Below, in pieces: positions 63,359 to 64,000 of a DNA stretch of 64,000 bases. The position numbers and the translations under genes are program-made. Numbering within the stretch: position 1 is the stretch's first letter; each line of letters begins with the position of its first letter. Below the pieces are notes generated by a model. It did not search any database. It was not told the origin of the DNA and was given only the letters and a program-made list of their open reading frames with translations. This DNA is from an uncultured Planctomycetota bacterium (GTDB lineage: Bacteria > Planctomycetota > Planctomycetia > Gemmatales > Gemmataceae): contig CAWKHF010000012.1 in NCBI GenBank assembly GCA_963849325.1, forward strand, positions 224,001 through 288,000, read 5' to 3'.

Positions 63359-64000
63359 ATGATTCTGCACAAACGTTCCAATTCAGGTGGATGGGATCGC
63401 GCGTTCACGTTGATCGAGCTGCTGGTGGTCATCGCCATCATTGCCATCCTCATCGGCTTGCTGTTGCCCGCCGTGCAAAAGGTCCGCGAGGCCGCCGCAC
63501 GCTCGCAGTGTACCAACAACTTCAAGCAGTGGGGCCTGGGCATGCACATGTACAACGACACGATGGGAACTCTTCCCCCGGGCGCGACCGCCAGCCCACG
63601 ACATACCTGGATCGTGCATCTGTGGCCTTACGTCGAGCAGGGCAATCTGGCGAACCTGTACGGCAATGTGAATACCCAGCCGTTCTACCTGCCCAACGCG
63701 ATCGTCCAGAACACGCTCAACGGCGCTTGCACCCAGCAGGTGAAATTGTACTACTGCCCCTCCGACCGCCCCGGTGCGTATTGGAAAGGCGACTCGTACT
63801 GGCGCTGCCGCAGCAACTACGCGGTCAACTGGGGGCCCGTGCCCATCCCCTATGCGGGAACGCCGCTTATGGGGCCTTTCGGCTACCAGGGCAACAATAC
63901 CAGCACTCCCCTGATCACCGCCATCCAGGTGATCGCTGACGGCACCTCGAACACGCTGCTCATGTCCGAGGTCATCCTCCCTCCCAATGATGGAGACCGC
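63359..64000 (+). CDS. DUF1559 prepilin-type N-terminal cleavage/methylation protein (runs off window end)
   Basis: Manual translation: [57 protein letters not shown]...CPSD...DGTSNT. Confidence 0.95.
   Translation, partial: MILHKRSNSGGWDRAFTLIELLVVIAIIAILIGLLLPAVQKVREAAARSQCTNNFKQWGLGMHMYNDTMGTLPPGATASPRHTWIVHLWPYVEQGNLANLYGNVNTQPFYLPNAIVQNTLNGACTQQVKLYYCPSDRPGAYWKGDSYWRCRSNYAVNWGPVPIPYAGTPLMGPFGYQGNNTSTPLITAIQVIADGTSNTLLMSEVILPPNDGDR

Noticed and set aside
1-64000. rRNA, tRNA or prophage genes
   Set aside because: No recognisable rRNA or tRNA sequence and no phage structural or integrase genes seen by eye.

Overview
High-GC bacterial window, very probably Planctomycetota (Gemmataceae-like), judged from a DUF1559 prepilin gene, a PVC-type CxxCH protein, a DUF4058-type gene and an LEPR-XLL-like motif. 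Many conserved genes, including EF-G, carry single-base frameshifts, which looks like long-read indel error. Layout: (1) 1-8 kb: type II TA pair, two-component/sigma54 signalling cluster and an ECF sigma factor. (2) 8-14.3 kb: a secreted protein, an S8 peptidase and two IS elements (ISH3-like, IS4). (3) 14.3-33.8 kb, the main discovery: a ~19.5 kb minus-strand polymorphic toxin-immunity array with no RHS/YD or haemagglutinin repeats. Its ~1,900-aa carrier has an LEPR-XLL-like N-terminus, an S/T/P-rich linker, a ~1,000-aa Ala/Asp/Gln/Thr stalk with 11-residue periodicity, a hydrophobic segment and a PT-TG-like junction, and ends in a ParB/Srx-like tip. Downstream lie 5'-truncated orphan copies with different tips: a Hint + SCP1.201/DddA-like deaminase with two Imm1 genes, two Hint-linked tips of unknown type, an ART-like tip and a MITE-truncated remnant. 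Each tip is followed by a low-GC putative immunity gene. (4) 34-64 kb: ordinary planctomycete genes separated by many REP-like palindromes. All family assignments come from motif recognition by eye, not from database searches.
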